Below are positions 16,746-27,042 of a stretch of DNA of 37,306 nucleotides, piece after piece. How positions within the stretch are numbered: the first letter of the stretch is position 1; each line of letters begins with the position of its first letter. Origin of the DNA: Flavipsychrobacter sp. (GTDB taxonomy: Bacteria; Bacteroidota; Bacteroidia; Chitinophagales; Chitinophagaceae). The position numbers and the translations under genes were made by a program. Under the pieces are notes generated by a model. The model ran no database searches, was not told where the DNA came from, and saw nothing but the letters and a program-made list of their open reading frames with translations. The stretch spans positions 1 to 37,306 of the forward strand of contig JAFIGV010000023.1 of the NCBI GenBank assembly GCA_017849575.1, in the 5' to 3' direction.

Positions 16746-18542
16746 ATGCAGCACATTCGCAACTTTTGTATCATAGCCCACATCGACCATGGTAAAAGTA
16801 CCCTGGCCGACCGGCTGCTGGAGTTTACCAAAACCATCTCCGAGCGCGATATGCAGTCGCAGGTGCTGGACGATATGGATCTGGAACGTGAAAAAGGAAT
16901 TACGATCAAGAGTCATGCTATCCAGATGGATTATGAGTACAAAGGAGAAAAATATACGCTGAACCTTATCGACACGCCGGGTCACGTGGATTTTTCCTAC
17001 GAGGTTTCTCGTGCACTGGCTGCCTGTGAAGGTGCGTTGCTGCTGGTGGATGCCTCTCAGGGAATACAGGCGCAGACAATATCCAATCTGTACCTCGCCC
17101 TCGATAACGATCTCGAAATCATTCCGGTCATCAACAAAATTGATATGGATGGTGCAATGATCCCCGAGGTTACAGACCAGATTGTGGATCTGATCGGATG
17201 CAAGCCCGAAGATATCATTCTGGCCTCCGGAAAATCTGGTATCGGCATCGAAGAGATCATGTCGGGTATCATAGAGCGCATACCGGCCCCCAAGGGCAAT
17301 CCTGATGCGCCACTTCAGGCGTTGATCTTCGACTCGGTATTCAATTCCTTTCGTGGCATCATTGCTTACTACCGTGTTTTTAACGGAGCTATCCGCAAGA
17401 ATGACCGCGTGAAGTTTTTTCATACAGACAACTATTACACAGCCGACGAAGTAGGTATCTTAAAAATGGGACTCTCGCCCAAACAAGAGGTGAAGACGGG
17501 TGATGTGGGCTATATCATTACCGGAATAAAAGACGCCAAAGAAGTGAAAGTGGGCGATACGATCACCCTGGTAAACAATCCGAGCCCTGAGCCCATACAT
17601 GGCTTTGAAGAAGTAAAACCGATGGTGTTTGCCGGTATTTTCCCTGTGGTCACTGACGATTTTGAGGAACTGCGCGAGTGTATGGAAAAACTCCAGCTCA
17701 ATGACGCTTCGCTTACCTTCGAACCGGAAACTTCTCAGGCACTTGGCTTCGGTTTTCGATGTGGTTTTCTGGGCATGTTGCACATGGAGATCATTCAGGA
17801 AAGGCTGGAACGTGAGTTTGATCAGACCGTCATTACCACGGTGCCCAACGTGAGTTTTAAGGCCTATCTCACTGCAGAAAAAGACAAGGCTATGATCGTT
17901 AACAATCCGAGCGAACTACCCGATCCCAGCCGCACAGACCGCATCGAAGAACCTTTCATTCGTGCACAGATCATTACACTTCCCGATTACATCGGAAACA
18001 TCATGAGTCTTTGCCTGGGCAAACGAGGTCTTTTGATCAACCAGCACTATCTTACCCCTACCCGCGTAGAGCTGATCTTTGAAATGCCGCTCGCTGAAAT
18101 TGTGTTTGACTTCTATGACAAGCTAAAAAGCTGTACCCGCGGCTATGCGTCCTTCGACTATCATCCGCTCGACTACCGGGAAAGTGATATTGTCAAGATG
18201 GACATCCTTCTGAACGGTGATAAGGTAGATGCACTGAGTGCGCTCATACATCGCAGTCGTGCACAGGATTTCGGCCGTAAGCTTTGTTCTAAACTAAAAG
18301 ATCTGTTGCCACGCCAACAGTTTCTCATTGCCATACAGGCTGCTGTGGGCGCCAAGATTCTGGCCCGGGAAAACATTTCTGCCATGCGGAAGGATGTAAC
18401 GGCCAAATGTTATGGTGGCGATATCAGCCGTAAGCGCAAGCTTCTTGAAAAGCAGAAGGAGGGCAAAAAACGTATGCGCCAGATCGGTAGTGTAGAAGTG
18501 CCACAAGAGGCCTTCCTTGCCGTGCTGAAGCTCGACGAATAG
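16746..18542 (+). CDS. lepA: Translation elongation factor 4 (LepA/EF4)
   Basis: It has the G-domain motifs AHIDHGKST and DTPGHVDF, and the LepA-specific C-terminal domain (..[22 protein letters not shown]..). The ATG start is at 16746. Confidence 0.95.
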   Translation: MQHIRNFCIIAHIDHGKSTLADRLLEFTKTISERDMQSQVLDDMDLEREKGITIKSHAIQMDYEYKGEKYTLNLIDTPGHVDFSYEVSRALAACEGALLLVDASQGIQAQTISNLYLALDNDLEIIPVINKIDMDGAMIPEVTDQIVDLIGCKPEDIILASGKSGIGIEEIMSGIIERIPAPKGNPDAPLQALIFDSVFNSFRGIIAYYRVFNGAIRKNDRVKFFHTDNYYTADEVGILKMGLSPKQEVKTGDVGYIITGIKDAKEVKVGDTITLVNNPSPEPIHGFEEVKPMVFAGIFPVVTDDFEELRECMEKLQLNDASLTFEPETSQALGFGFRCGFLGMLHMEIIQERLEREFDQTVITTVPNVSFKAYLTAEKDKAMIVNNPSELPDPSRTDRIEEPFIRAQIITLPDYIGNIMSLCLGKRGLLINQHYLTPTRVELIFEMPLAEIVFDFYDKLKSCTRGYASFDYHPLDYRESDIVKMDILLNGDKVDALSALIHRSRAQDFGRKLCSKLKDLLPRQQFLIAIQAAVGAKILARENISAMRKDVTAKCYGGDISRKRKLLEKQKEGKKRMRQIGSVEVPQEAFLAVLKLDE

Positions 18543-18544
18543 TT

Positions 18545-20863
18545 CTAAATGAACTTTACCCTGATGAAGATATTCGCATTCCGTCCCTTGTCGTCGGCAC
18601 AGGATATTTTTATTTCCGGAGCTTGCGGCGAGAAGAATATTTTTTCGGAAGCTGCGGCGCCCGCATAGAACTGATCATTTACATACCAATACACTTTTTT
18701 TACATCGTTCGCTACCGTGCAGTGCAACATTAGTTTTTGTTTGCCGCGGTCGGCAATGATATAGGTCATGCCATCGGTAAGTGAGTTGATCGTGGGCGGA
18801 AAGCCCTCAAAGCTTCTGTTGCAGGCAGGGTTATGCGCCGGTACCTTTTCATAGCTTATATGGTGGCTGTCGTAGAATGCTGCAAGCTCGGCCGATACAT
18901 TGTCGTAGAGCCGGGTTGCGTATCCTGTAGGCGGCAGGCAGCTTGTACAATAGGCCATCTTACCATCGGCACTCGTCCATACCTCACGTTTGTGATCACA
19001 TACTTCCTGTGAAGACACGCCGGTGATATATTCATCGAGTACGGAGCTCGTACAAAAATCGTTGGCGAGCTTTCCCGACTGCGGACATACGAACCTTGCA
19101 GCGATGCCGGCAGGCGCCTTCAGCCACTCTTCGCCGGCACGGCGGTCGAGCGCACGAAACAAATGGAACAGCAAGGGCGTGGCGACACCCGCTCCATTGA
19201 TTTCCGGCACCCCTTTGCCGTCGAAGTTGCCGATCCACACGGCTATGGTGTAGCGCTTGTTGTACCCTACACTCCAGGCATCTTTTCTTCCATAAGACGT
19301 GCCGGTCTTCCAGCAAATGCGAGGCAGGTCTTGTGATTTATCTGTAAGGTTGGGAATGTCGGGGCGGTAAAGGCCGGCAATGATCCGCGAAGTAAGATAG
19401 CTTGCTTCCGGCGAAAGTACGCTCACAGGCTGAACGGAAGACGGGCCGGGAAGGGCACGGGTATTGAGCGGAAGGTACCGACCTTCGTTGGCCAGCGTCG
19501 AGTAAAGGCAGGCAAGTTCACTAAGCCGCACGGTGCATCCCCCTAAGATCATAGAAAGTCCGAGCTCCTTGCGTTGCTGCCATACAGACCTGCATCCTGC
19601 TTGTGCCAGCAGATGGGTAAAGGTTTGGGTGCCTGCCAGTTGAAGCATTTTAACGGCGGGGATGTTTAGCGATTGCTGCAACGCTTTTTCAGCGGTCACA
19701 TTTCCCCGGAAGCCGAGATCGAAATTTTCCGGAGCATATCCCCCAAAGTTAACGGGCACATCTGCGATGACCGACTGCGGAGTAATCCATCCTTTGTCCA
19801 TGCAGAGCGCGTACAACATCGGTTTTAGTGTGCTGCCCGGCGATCTCCTTGCCTGCACGCCGTCTACCGCACCGTGGTGTTGACGGTCGTACGGATCTGA
19901 GGAGCCAAGGTAACAAAGCACGTTCCTTGTGCTGTTGTCTACAACTATTGCAGCAGCATTGAAAATATTGTAGTGCTGCAGCGTGCGGACGTGGTTGGAC
20001 AGCAGCTCTTCTGCGGTTTGTTGCCAGCGCGGATTTATCGTGGTTTTGATTTCATGGAGTTGTGGAAACTGCCTTCTCAGCCGGTATGCAAGATGCGGGA
20101 TTGCGGAAGGTGCTTCATGTCGGCTGGCCAGCAAGGGCTCCTGTAGGGCATCTTTTATCGTTTTGGCGGCAAAAAGATGATCTGCTTCGAATCTGAGCAG
20201 CCATTTGTTGCGCTCAAAGATGATCTGATCATTGTTTCTGCCAATCTGAAGGGCATTAGGCCGGTTGGGAATGATGCTCAGGGCGGTGATCTCCGCGAGC
20301 GACAACTGGTCAGGAGATTTCTGAAAGTAGAGCAGTGCTGCGGCCTTTACCCCCTGTATGTTTGAGCCATAGGGCACAAGATTGAGATAGAGTTGCAGAA
20401 TTTCATCTTTGGAAAAATGCAGTTCTAATTGTAGCGCACGAAAAGCCTCGGTTATTTTGTTTAGCCACGTGCGTTTTTTGGGTTGGAGCATGCGGGCCAC
20501 CTGCATGGTGATGGTGGATGCACCAGAAACGCGGCGGCCCTTCAGTAGGTTGTAAAGCGCAGCCCGCACCACAGCAACTGGGTTGATGCCAAAGTGGTAG
20601 CGGAAGTACTTGTCTTCTTTGAAGACGATTGCCTTTTTTAGCTCAGGAGTAATTTCTTCCAGCCGGGTGTACATTCTCCACTGCTCGTCACCGGTCAGGA
20701 AGCAATGCATCACGGTACCGTCGGAGGCTACGATCACCGGCGCATATTCCAGTTCTGTATGAACAGGGAAACAGAGGTCCAGCACCGCAAACACGAGGAG
20801 GCATAATGCCAGAAAGGTCAGCGTTCTCTTGTGCCAGAGCTTTGTGTGCAACATAACCGACAT
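18545..20863 (-). CDS. pbpC: Penicillin-binding protein 1C (GT51 transglycosylase, transpeptidase and PbpC C-terminal domain)
   Basis: It has a TM anchor, GT51 motifs EDKYFRYHFGINP and GASTITMQ, and a transpeptidase SxxK (STLKP). Its ATG overlaps the stop codon of the upstream A2M gene (TGATG). Confidence 0.9.
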   Translation of the reverse strand: MSVMLHTKLWHKRTLTFLALCLLVFAVLDLCFPVHTELEYAPVIVASDGTVMHCFLTGDEQWRMYTRLEEITPELKKAIVFKEDKYFRYHFGINPVAVVRAALYNLLKGRRVSGASTITMQVARMLQPKKRTWLNKITEAFRALQLELHFSKDEILQLYLNLVPYGSNIQGVKAAALLYFQKSPDQLSLAEITALSIIPNRPNALQIGRNNDQIIFERNKWLLRFEADHLFAAKTIKDALQEPLLASRHEAPSAIPHLAYRLRRQFPQLHEIKTTINPRWQQTAEELLSNHVRTLQHYNIFNAAAIVVDNSTRNVLCYLGSSDPYDRQHHGAVDGVQARRSPGSTLKPMLYALCMDKGWITPQSVIADVPVNFGGYAPENFDLGFRGNVTAEKALQQSLNIPAVKMLQLAGTQTFTHLLAQAGCRSVWQQRKELGLSMILGGCTVRLSELACLYSTLANEGRYLPLNTRALPGPSSVQPVSVLSPEASYLTSRIIAGLYRPDIPNLTDKSQDLPRICWKTGTSYGRKDAWSVGYNKRYTIAVWIGNFDGKGVPEINGAGVATPLLFHLFRALDRRAGEEWLKAPAGIAARFVCPQSGKLANDFCTSSVLDEYITGVSSQEVCDHKREVWTSADGKMAYCTSCLPPTGYATRLYDNVSAELAAFYDSHHISYEKVPAHNPACNRSFEGFPPTINSLTDGMTYIIADRGKQKLMLHCTVANDVKKVYWYVNDQFYAGAAASEKIFFSPQAPEIKISCADDKGRNANIFIRVKFI

Positions 20864-23800
20864 CAGCGCTCCGTCACTTTTACTGTACCTGCTCCGTGGT
20901 AAGAGTGGTAGCTTCCGTCATACATCGCATCGGCCAGAACCGGCCCCAGCTTATACTTTCCCGGCGATACCGCACGTGCCATGTAATAGAAATGTTTGGG
21001 TTTGCTGGTAGCGTCGGTAAAAAAGTTTACCCGGTCGTCACGAAAATCAACATAATCGGCTTCAGCCTGATCCTTTATCCAGTCCATCCCCGGTATTTCT
21101 GTAAGCCGCGTATTTTCTACTTCAAGTCCAGCCGGCAGCATATCCGTAATCGCCACGTTTTCCACAGTGCCGTTGTAAGCTGATTCCAGGGAGATACGTA
21201 CGACAACAAGATCGTTCTGGCGGAACTGGCCTTCATTCACCGGATGTCCGTTTCTGTCAAAAAAGCTACGGCGCACTTTCAGATAGCTATCTTCTTCGGT
21301 GATGGAGCCATCGGCCGTGATACCCGACATTTCCGAGAAGTAATAATAGCTTCCTTTCCCCTTCACCTGAAGGGTAAGCTGGTTGCCCGTCAGTTGGGTC
21401 ACATCGAGGTTCATGGTATTGTCGGTGCTCTTACGTTTTTTGCCATTGTCCAGTAGCAGGGCTGTGGCGGTAGTATTATTGCTGCGCCGCGCTATTTTTC
21501 CGAGGGCCAGAATGGTCCATGCATTTTCCTGAGTATTCAGGTACCGTGCCTGTTTCACCTGTTGGCTGAGGTGTTTGGCCATATTGCCGATTTGTGGATT
21601 GCGGGGATCCGTATCGAGCAGCGTGTTCAGGGCAAGGGCTTCGTCTCTGATATAGGAATAGAAGCTGCCTCCGAGGGCTTGTCTGGATCTTTCTCCTTCA
21701 AATTGTCCGGGAGTGAGTTCTTTGGCCATGACGGGTTGCCCGGCAAGTGCATAGGCTCCGCCAATCAGGTATTTGCTGTCCAGACTGAGCATTTCGGGGT
21801 GTGCTTTGTAATAGTTCATGGTTGAGGGTTGTGGTTGTCCGGCTAACGCAAGTACATAGAGGCTGTATGCAATTTCTTTTGCGGCAATTTCTTTGCTCAG
21901 GTTTTCATTGTAGTAGAGTGTTTCTGTCTCTCGCCGGGTAAGCCTGTATTTCAGATACTGAAACAGACGGTCCAGGGTTTTGGTGTTTACTTCATATCCC
22001 GCCTTTTTGGCTTCCAGTAAAAAATGCGCAGCATAGGCGCTTCCCCACCAGCTTTCTGAACCATATCCCGGCCAGTACGAAAGACTGCCATTGGAAAGCT
22101 GCATGGACTGGAGCTTTAGTATAGCCTGTTGCACATGGTAGGCGGGGTTAGCGTCGGTACTTTCTGTGCCATAGAGGTTTTTTACCAGGTCGTGATAATA
22201 GAGTTGAGGAAAAGCTGCCGAAGTAGTCTGCTCCACACATCCATAGGGATAACGGACCAGATCATTTAGATTTTTGGAAAACTGCACGAGCGGAGATTTG
22301 CTCACCACCACTTTACCCCGCGCGGTGCCCGATATGAAATCGTGCTGCAAAGCGATACGGGCAGGGCTTTGTTCTGTGGCTTCTCCGCTTGCATAGCGTT
22401 TCTGTAAGGATGCGGCGGGCCGGATACTGAGTTCTGTTTCGTTGGTGAATGTTTCACGCATGGCTTTTACACTGACGGTTACTTTGCCTGCGCCAATTGC
22501 TCCAGCGGCTTTGATGTGAAAGACCACTCGTCCGTCGCGCTGTGGCGCTAAGTTTACCTGCCGGGTGCTACCATCGCTTATTTCCAATGGGCCTTGTACC
22601 TGAAGGCTCACGCTGGCATCAGCAGCATTTGCAGTAGTGTTGGTTAGCGTTACCGGCACCACCACTTCGTCGCCCGGGCTTAGAAACCTGGGCAATGCTG
22701 TGCTGAGCACCACAGGGTCGGCCACCTTCATATGCTTATCCGCACCGCCAAAGCGTTTGCCGGAATAAGCAATAGCCATTACGCGGAGATCGCCGGAAAA
22801 CTGAGGAATTTCTATATCGTACTTCAGGTTGCCGCTGGCGTCAGCCTGACGAATACCGCTCCAGAAAGAAACGTTCTTTACCCGGTTCACAAACATCGGG
22901 TTTACACGCAGTGCGCTTTCATCTGCGCCATCTCCACCCGTACTGCTCCGGGTCAGGCGTACCTCTGGCAGCAACAAGGGATAGATGTCGTAGCTGCGGG
23001 CGGTAAGGGCCACTTTTTGGTAGAAATAGTCGTAGGCATTGGGAGTACGGTAATTCTTAACCTGCAAAATACCTTCATCTACTGCTGCTACCGTAACAAA
23101 TGCGTGTGGCGCCGTTTTTACTAGCAGGGTTTGCTTTTGCCGCGACCGCGATTGGTCTGCCGTAATGATCGTTACCGGCAGCTTGTTTTGCGGGTTTTCT
23201 ATCCGAACGGAGCGGAATCCATGCGCTACGGTGAGCGGAAGATCGCTGCCGTCCATGGGCCGTATGAGCGTGGCCGTGATGTAAACATTGGGTACCAGCA
23301 GATCCTCAGCTCTAAGTTTTATTGTAGCAGATTTATTTTCCGTTTTCAATTGAAAATGGCGGATCATCTTGTCCCTTTCGAGCGTCACGAGCAGTTTGCC
23401 GTCGAAGGGAGTGGTCAGCAATACGGTCATGTCTTCACCGGTGTTGTATTTTTCTTTGTCTGGTTTGATGGTCACATTTCCTTCATTGTTTACTTCGAAA
23501 GAAGAATACGCTGTTCGACCCCAGCCCCAGGCGTAGAAAGAAGCAGAAACATATCCGTTTCCGGAACCGGCAGTAACACGAAGTTCATATTCGCCACTGA
23601 GTTCGGGCGTTACCACAAAATCCTTTCCTCCGGCACCCGTCGTTATGGTTTGCTGGCGTATGAGTTTTTCCGTTTTTTGCGATACATACCGATAGCGGCT
23701 GCCGTCCTGTTGAATGACGGTGTTCCATTCTTTTTTAATCAGCGAAACTTTCAGCGAGGCGCTCCTGGGCTGGCCGTTTTCTCCGAGTGCGATCAGGCCT

Positions 23801-26259
23801 ACATGCAGGGGTTGGTTGGTGCCCACGTATTCATCTGCAAGCTTTACTCCGGCAAATACGGGCTGGGTGTAGATCATGAAATTTTCATAGCGATGAACCG
23901 GTCTGCCGGTCTCATCAAACACCGTTGCAGAAAGTGTGCCTTTCAAAACGCCAAGGTCGCGCAGCGGTGCTCTGATGCCAAAAATTTCGGAGCCGCCACC
24001 TTTATCTCCGGTACGACCTTGTTTAAATTGTGTTGAATAATCTATATTGTTCGCAATGGAAAAGTCGTAATCTTCATATCCTGCCGGCGAAAAATCAGTT
24101 TTACTGACATTCAGTTCCATTTCATAATTTCTTTCGGCTGCTGGTGTGCCAAACAGGTTGTCGGCCTGCAAAAATGCACGCAGGCTGTCGCCCACATGGT
24201 AGGCGGTCTTATCAATTTTCAGACTGGATTTGATCCGGTCAGGAATGAAGTCTTCGATACTCAGATCATAGCTGTTCAGCAATACATCGTTTCCGGTATA
24301 GACATTGAGGGTGTAAGTGCCTGTATTGGCGGTGGCGGGTATGGAAAAGCTGGTCTCAGCAGAACCTTCTTCATTTAATATTTTTCGCATGGTTGCAAAC
24401 TCTTTGCCGTTGGGCATCACCAGTTTCATTTTTACAGGCATTTCGCCGGGCTTGTTCCAGCTTTCGTCGCGAACTATGGTGGTGACGTGGATGGTCTCTC
24501 CCGGACGGTAGAGGTTGCGTTCTGCATAGATCATGGCATTGAGCTTCGCTGCATTAGGCACTCGGCCGCCAACATCAAAGCGAGAGGTTGCTACTTCGCT
24601 TTGCGCGAGCCAGATGAAGCTGAAATCATCATTCATCTTAGCGGTCACCATGCCTACCTTGAAGCCGGGAGCAGATTTTTCAATGTTGCGAAATACAGCA
24701 AGGCCCTCAGCATCTGTAGTGGCAGAATACAGGAGTTGGTTATTGGTGCTGATGAAGTTCAGCTTTACATGAGCAAGTGCCGTTGCGTTTTTGATGCTGT
24801 TGGCAAATACATACATATTGTCGGCGTCTTCCTTTACGATGAGGCCAATATCGGACAGGGAGAGTATCCTGGAGTCAAGGATCCAGCGGTGGTCGCGCGA
24901 ACCTACAGTGATCACGTACACGCCATCGTAGCCTTTTATTTTATCCTGAAAGTCGAGATGCAGGATGCGTGCCGCGTTCTGTCCGGGAAGTTTACTGGTT
25001 TCATATTCGCGGTGCCAGATGGTGTCTCCTACCTCTTCGGTATTGTAATAGTCATAGCCTCCGCCGGAGTATTCTTCATCTTCCCTTTCTTCATCGTAGT
25101 AGTATCCCCAGCTTTTCCCGCGCCGCAAAAAGTGTTCAAGGTTGTTTTCATACACCTTGACCACCGTGACCTCCACACGCGCAATGCTTACTATATTCAG
25201 CGACAGATTTTTAAATCCCTGACTGGAGAGATACATGCCGCGGGCGTTGTTGAATGAAATTGCCGGAGCTGGTGTGCGGAAACTTACCGGTGAAGTATAA
25301 TCGGCTTTCATTTTTCCCCCAAAGGCGCCTTCCAGGTTTTTTGAAATGGTGAGTTCATAAGTATTGTCGGCCTTCAGACCGGTGCTGCTGATGGTGAAGC
25401 CTGCATCGTTGGTGGTAACTTCAAAAGCCACTTCGGGCTCGATGTGTATGTATGATCTTAGGTTTTCTTCGTGTACTGGTTGCGAGGTATTGATGGTTAT
25501 TGAGCCTTCGAGTCCGCTATGCTGGGATACAATATTGGTAACCTGAAGGTTGAAACGAGAGGGAATGACCGTCTGGATGTTCGTGTCTTTTTGCGATACA
25601 TAGTCGCTGTGTGCCACAGGTATTCCGTTTGCCAGACGAATCTGCAGGGGTACATCCTCATCTTTTTCGCTGGGCGGTAAAAACTGAAGGCTTAATGTCT
25701 TTCCTGTTCCGGAAGACAGGGAAGTAGTCGTTAGCGTTCTCCCTTCGGAAGAAAGCTCGATACGGGTAAGTGCCTTTGTCGCGTCAACTTCATAGTTTAA
25801 TTCCAGATCAAGCTGCACCATGATATTAGCCATGCTCTGCCCACGAGTCCAGGAAATATGCACGTTCTCTATGCGCAGAGGTGCTGTATGAAACAGAATG
25901 GGCTCGTCACTTATCGGATACTTCTTTTTGCTTCTGTCGAGCAGATGTTTGCTGAGCGTAGCCGTATATTCCTTGCCGGGTTGAAACTTTTCTATAGGAG
26001 AAAATACGAGTTCGCTCGAGCTGTTCCATTTGAATTGTCCTTTTACTGCAGGTTTGATTACGATGTATTCCGTACTGTCCCATCGTTGCAGTAGGCTATC
26101 CGGGTAGATGTCTCTGTTGAAGTTGAAAACAAGATTCTGTTGTTCAGCTACCTCACCAGAAAAATTTTTTGAAACTACTGCAAGTTCATTTCCTTTTTGG
26201 CAAGAGAAGAGCAGGGAGGCGAAGCTCGCTAAGACGAGGTAATAAGCATGAAATTTCAT
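20863..26259 (-). CDS. Bacterial alpha-2-macroglobulin family lipoprotein (YfhM-like), thioester-containing, about 1800 aa
   Basis: It has a lipoprotein signal MKFHAYYLVLASFASLLFSC. Its length matches tandem macroglobulin (MG) domains. The thioester motif GCVEQ is intact (RYPYGCVEQTTSAAFP). It sits in the conserved A2M-pbpC operon arrangement. The ORF track starts the gene at 26334 with an extra 25 aa. Confidence 0.9.
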   Translation of the reverse strand: MKFHAYYLVLASFASLLFSCQKGNELAVVSKNFSGEVAEQQNLVFNFNRDIYPDSLLQRWDSTEYIVIKPAVKGQFKWNSSSELVFSPIEKFQPGKEYTATLSKHLLDRSKKKYPISDEPILFHTAPLRIENVHISWTRGQSMANIMVQLDLELNYEVDATKALTRIELSSEGRTLTTTSLSSGTGKTLSLQFLPPSEKDEDVPLQIRLANGIPVAHSDYVSQKDTNIQTVIPSRFNLQVTNIVSQHSGLEGSITINTSQPVHEENLRSYIHIEPEVAFEVTTNDAGFTISSTGLKADNTYELTISKNLEGAFGGKMKADYTSPVSFRTPAPAISFNNARGMYLSSQGFKNLSLNIVSIARVEVTVVKVYENNLEHFLRRGKSWGYYYDEEREDEEYSGGGYDYYNTEEVGDTIWHREYETSKLPGQNAARILHLDFQDKIKGYDGVYVITVGSRDHRWILDSRILSLSDIGLIVKEDADNMYVFANSIKNATALAHVKLNFISTNNQLLYSATTDAEGLAVFRNIEKSAPGFKVGMVTAKMNDDFSFIWLAQSEVATSRFDVGGRVPNAAKLNAMIYAERNLYRPGETIHVTTIVRDESWNKPGEMPVKMKLVMPNGKEFATMRKILNEEGSAETSFSIPATANTGTYTLNVYTGNDVLLNSYDLSIEDFIPDRIKSSLKIDKTAYHVGDSLRAFLQADNLFGTPAAERNYEMELNVSKTDFSPAGYEDYDFSIANNIDYSTQFKQGRTGDKGGGSEIFGIRAPLRDLGVLKGTLSATVFDETGRPVHRYENFMIYTQPVFAGVKLADEYVGTNQPLHVGLIALGENGQPRSASLKVSLIKKEWNTVIQQDGSRYRYVSQKTEKLIRQQTITTGAGGKDFVVTPELSGEYELRVTAGSGNGYVSASFYAWGWGRTAYSSFEVNNEGNVTIKPDKEKYNTGEDMTVLLTTPFDGKLLVTLERDKMIRHFQLKTENKSATIKLRAEDLLVPNVYITATLIRPMDGSDLPLTVAHGFRSVRIENPQNKLPVTIITADQSRSRQKQTLLVKTAPHAFVTVAAVDEGILQVKNYRTPNAYDYFYQKVALTARSYDIYPLLLPEVRLTRSSTGGDGADESALRVNPMFVNRVKNVSFWSGIRQADASGNLKYDIEIPQFSGDLRVMAIAYSGKRFGGADKHMKVADPVVLSTALPRFLSPGDEVVVPVTLTNTTANAADASVSLQVQGPLEISDGSTRQVNLAPQRDGRVVFHIKAAGAIGAGKVTVSVKAMRETFTNETELSIRPAASLQKRYASGEATEQSPARIALQHDFISGTARGKVVVSKSPLVQFSKNLNDLVRYPYGCVEQTTSAAFPQLYYHDLVKNLYGTESTDANPAYHVQQAILKLQSMQLSNGSLSYWPGYGSESWWGSAYAAHFLLEAKKAGYEVNTKTLDRLFQYLKYRLTRRETETLYYNENLSKEIAAKEIAYSLYVLALAGQPQPSTMNYYKAHPEMLSLDSKYLIGGAYALAGQPVMAKELTPGQFEGERSRQALGGSFYSYIRDEALALNTLLDTDPRNPQIGNMAKHLSQQVKQARYLNTQENAWTILALGKIARRSNNTTATALLLDNGKKRKSTDNTMNLDVTQLTGNQLTLQVKGKGSYYYFSEMSGITADGSITEEDSYLKVRRSFFDRNGHPVNEGQFRQNDLVVVRISLESAYNGTVENVAITDMLPAGLEVENTRLTEIPGMDWIKDQAEADYVDFRDDRVNFFTDATSKPKHFYYMARAVSPGKYKLGPVLADAMYDGSYHSYHGAGTVKVTER

Positions 26260-26407
26260 AACCGGCGGGATGATCCATATAAATGTAACGAACCGGAAAG
26301 CTAATTGGTATAGGAAAAGCCGGAAAGATTTCAACGCCGCACCTCAGAGAAGTCGTAGCTTAGTGGATGAACGCAACAACTATTCTTTTTCAAGTAATTC
26401 CCCGTGT

Positions 26408-26962
26408 ATGAAAAAGCTCAGCTTGTTTTTTATGGCAGTTTATGTTGCCGGATGTACACACAAAGACAACACGCCGCCCGCTGACCCGGCCAACAAAGTT
26501 GTGTTGCTGCGGGTTGACTATATGAGCGATACGCTGGAGGGCATGGCAGAAGTTCCGTTGAGCGGAAATCTGCAGGCTTCAGATACCATACCCTTGAACG
26601 TGATCTACGCGTCGCCCGGCGATTTCGGCAACCTTACCCTTTTATACGGCAATACCAACGACACTGTTTTTGATGGGTCTATTATCTGGATGGGTACAGG
26701 CAGCATAAGCATTCCCCGGAATTTTACGACCATAATGCCGGCAACAAGTATCACCGTGCCTCAGCCGGATAGCAACGTCTATCAGCATGTCTTCGGTTTT
26801 CATGCGCCCGACTACGATAGGCTTTGGGCTGCTATCGGCAAATTGCAGGTAGTCAACAATTATCTGCGACAGGGGAAACGTCCGGCTTATTTCCTCTATA
26901 CGCCCAGTGTAGGCGTTGGTAATCCCTATGAATGGGACTGGTTTGTTTTGGTTACGAGATAG
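26408..26962 (+). CDS. Hypothetical lipoprotein (184 aa)
   Basis: The signal MKKLSLFFMAVYVAGC has a lipobox VAGC. It is divergent from the A2M gene, and no homology is recognised. Confidence 0.55.
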   Translation: MKKLSLFFMAVYVAGCTHKDNTPPADPANKVVLLRVDYMSDTLEGMAEVPLSGNLQASDTIPLNVIYASPGDFGNLTLLYGNTNDTVFDGSIIWMGTGSISIPRNFTTIMPATSITVPQPDSNVYQHVFGFHAPDYDRLWAAIGKLQVVNNYLRQGKRPAYFLYTPSVGVGNPYEWDWFVLVTR

Positions 26963-26984
26963 CAATATGATCTGAAAAAATGAA

Positions 26985-27012
26985 GAAGGGCCAACGTGAA
27001 CGCTGGCCCTTC
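26985..27012. terminator. Bidirectional rho-independent terminator between the convergent lipoprotein and giant T9SS genes
   Basis: A 12-bp stem gaagggccaacg/cgctggcccttc (one mismatch) with loop tgaa has an A-run upstream and a T-rich run downstream. Confidence 0.6.
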
Positions 27013-27042
27013 GTATTTATTGTATCAGGTATGCTAATCTGC

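Noticed and set aside
16737-17423. 228-aa minus-strand ORF
   Set aside because: It is antisense to lepA.
22732-25257. Several plus-strand ORFs of 130-300 aa
   Set aside because: All are antisense to the alpha-2-macroglobulin gene.
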